The notes below the pieces were generated by a model. The model was not told the DNA's origin. It searched no databases and saw only the letters and a program-made list of their open reading frames with translations. 64,000 bases of DNA from Phaeosaccion multiseriatum. Taxonomy: Eukaryota; Protista; Ochrophyta, other classes. The translations under genes and the position numbers were made by a program. The DNA is taken from NCBI GenBank assembly GCA_965112735.1, contig OZ218950.1:3224001-3288000 (forward strand), given 5' to 3'. Below are positions 51,968 to 64,000 of this stretch, in pieces. Numbering within the stretch: position 1 is the first letter of the stretch; each line of letters starts with the position of its first letter.

Positions 51968-52184
51968 ATGATGAGGGGCATGGGATCGAGCGTGCTTGAA
52001 ACATGTAGCAGGAGCAGGAGCGGCAGCGGCAGGAGGGGGGTGTCCGAGTCTAGGGGGAGGCGGAGGAGGAGGAGGGGCCAGCAGCTCCGTCCGGGGGGTG
52101 CTGATTACAGCAACACACACGGGAGTAGTCTCAGCAGTAGCAGCAGCAGCAGTAGTAGTAGTAGTAGTAGTGGTTGTAGTAGTG

Positions 52185-52226
<42 letters not shown>

Positions 52227-53793
52227 CCGGGGATAGGCCTCCTAAGAGCGATAAGAAGGCAATTGCCAACTGGAAGGGGAAGAGCGCGGAGCAGAGGAGA
52301 GTCGAGGCCGAGCTGAAGGGGGGGGAGGGGACGGACGAAGGGGAGCCGCTGATCGACGTGGACAGCTGGGAGTACTATGGGTCCCTCCCGTCCCCTTGGG
52401 TAAACCCCGGGGGGAAGCCGCACGAGCTGGTGCGTAGGCGCGACGAGCAGGGCAACAAGATCAAGAGGGCAAAGCCTCCGCCTCCCCCGGGGGGCTACAA
52501 GGACGCCAACGGAAAGACGGTAGGTAGGTAGGTAGGTAGGTAGGTAGGTAGGTAGGTAGGTGAGTCGGGAGGGGAGTGTGTGTGAATCAATGAGTGGATA
52601 AGCTCATCACGACATACTTTCTTTGTGCTGTACTCAGACTTCCAGCACCAGAGCACCGGAGGTCTCAGAGACCCCACCCCCTTACCCTCCCCTCCATCTC
52701 TCTTTTCTTTCTCTCCTCTCTCTCTCGGCCTCCCCTTAACAGGTAAGCCGCACCCGTTGGCTGGATCTCAACCAACCGCCCAACCCCAACAAACACGGCT
52801 GGAACGAGCACCCTGACTTCCTCAAGGGCTACTGGATAGTCACAGAGACGGACTTCAACAAGGACCCCAGCCCGAGGGACATGGACCTTTTCAGGAACAT
52901 GACTATTGCTACTGCTGCCGTAGATGGAGGACGGGGTGGGGATATTGCTGTACAAGGAGGAGGGGAGGAGCGGGGAAGGAAGGGAGGAGATGCAGCAGCA
53001 GGGGGTGCAGCAGAAAGGGGCACGGGAGGGGGAGACTTGGAAGGTTGGAATGCCCTGCAGGAGCACAACATTGACTATGTGGTGTTGAAGAGTGGGGGCA
53101 AGCTCAAGGTCGGGCCACCGGAGAAGGGGGTCGAGCCCAGGGGGTGGAGATTCACGCCCGCCAACAGGAGGATACTAATAGAGGTGAGGGGAGAGGAGGG
53201 GGAGGCGAGGGGGGGGAGGGGGCAGGTCTTGAGAGCAGCTGTGGATTCGATTGGATCCATTTCATCGAGATGAGAGACAAATGAAGGGTGGGGGCGAAAC
53301 TATTTACTGACTTATAAAGGACTCAACCAAAGAGGGGGTGGGGGCTGAGGCCGGGCCCCGGGAGGGCGGGACAGACTCGATGGAATCATGATGCTTTTGT
53401 TCGTAGTCCCCCTCCCTTGCCGGCCCTCCAACCCGCCCACCTCTCCTGCCTGCCCCTGCCCTTGGTGTTGGTGTTGCTGCTGCTGCCCCTGCTGTATCAT
53501 ATTACCAACCGCTTGTTGCTTTTGTGATGCTCTCTCTCTCTCCTTGCAAGGTGGACGTACCTGCCAAGGCCGTGACTCTCCGCTATAGCCTGGAGCTGAG
53601 CCGCCTCGCCAAGGTGTTCACTCGAGCCAAGGGGGGCATCAAGCTCAGAGCGCTGCAGCCGGAGAAGGCCGTTTTGGCAAGCTCCAAACAGTCGCGAGAG
53701 TGGCCGCGCTGGGCGATCATTGGCATGGAAAAACCGGTCAAGAACAAGAAGGATAAGGAGGAGGAGGAGCACGAGGACCAACAGCAGCAGTAG
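51968..53793 (+). CDS. Hypothetical protein (3 exons), possible Arg/Ser-rich organellar presequence
   Basis: In-frame exons 51968-52519, ~52743-53183 and ~53551-53793 with GT-AG borders and protein-like composition (WEYYGSLPSPW, FLKGYWIVTETDF, GWRFTPANRRILIE/VDVP). No family recognised. Confidence 0.55.
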
Positions 53794-54595
53794 AAAGTGG
53801 ACCAGGAAGCAGGAGCAGCAGCAGTAAGTAGCAGGGCAAAGGGCGCGGCTCGGGCAGAGGATTTCATTTGTGTATTTTTACTTTTACCTCCTCCTCGGCA
53901 GAGCGCCCGCCAATCGCTGTCTCGTCCAGGAGGGGCCTACCGGTGGTGGAGGAAAGCCGCCCGTTGAGGATAATTGGCACGCCTTTTCACCCCGCTGGAG
54001 GCCTTCCTCACCAACTGTGGGCCCCTCCGGGACGAGACAGCGATTGGCGGGCGCTCTGCCGATCTGCCGAGGAGCAACTCGCGCAAAGGCTGACGGAAGA
54101 GTTGATATTTTTGATTTTTTTTACTTCGAAGTAAGATCTTACATCATTAAAAGAAAAATAGCGACTGCTACAATGGTAGATTGATGAGGGGCGCATCGCC
54201 CCCCTTGGCTGCGAAGAGGCGAAAGCTGTCGCGCCTTCACACAATAATTAACTTACTACGCAGTTAGTATGACATTTTCCCAGGAAGACATTGTGCTCTG
54301 GGCAGCGCCGTCCAACACGACGCTGCTATGTTGATGTACATACACATACACATGTATATGTGTGTAGTGTAGCTCGAAGCCAGATGAGACAACTAAATCG
54401 CTCTAGCTCTCTCAGGCCAGGCAAGCTCAAGAGCTTTGTCTGGAGCTTGTTCGCGGCATTGTAACAGTACTTACTTGACGGTCACGTAAAAGTCGCGCAC
54501 ACGCAGCACAAATGCGGCGTGTCTCTTGTGTCTCTCTCCCTCTCTCCCTCTCTCCCCCCCGCCCCCCTCTCCCTCTCTTCTTTCTCTCCCCTCTA

Positions 54596-64000
<9,405 letters not shown>

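Noticed and set aside
53960-54470. AT-shifted segment sharing a short ATATTTTTGATTTTT string with ~12951
   Set aside because: The match is short and low-complexity, and no TIR, TSD or ORF supports an element.

Overview
Gene-dense, intron-rich, GC-rich eukaryotic nuclear DNA. It most likely comes from a flagellated photosynthetic alga with a complex red-derived plastid (ochrophyte-like), because several proteins carry a signal peptide plus an 'AF/AW/CF' bipartite plastid leader. About 19 spliced protein genes can be assembled: UDP-sugar pyrophosphorylase, a membrane-anchored arylsulfotransferase, an RSP2-like Dpy-30/GAF protein, a DUF5522+Dph6-like PP-loop ATPase, an ankyrin protein, p31comet-like, a POR-like SDR, makorin, PPP4R2, a duplicated mTERF, DRC3, CCDC77-like, a Zn2Cys6 transcription factor, a divergent TFIIA large subunit, CUEDC2-like, DNAAF3, a plastid membrane protein, an orphan protein and a PKD2/TRPP-like channel. 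Many lie in tight head-to-head pairs. The most striking non-genic structure is a set of non-autonomous TIR elements (three families, A/B/C). All have 5'-TCG.CCC...GGG.CGA-3' termini, exact 6-bp target duplications and heptamer-based internal repeats, and B and C are nested at overlapping sites inside one A copy (36841-37841); an uninterrupted A copy at 12489-12941 shows the empty site. Introns are loaded with microsatellites, several seeded directly on splice signals. Exon boundaries were read by eye and are approximate; family assignments come from remembered motifs, not database searches.
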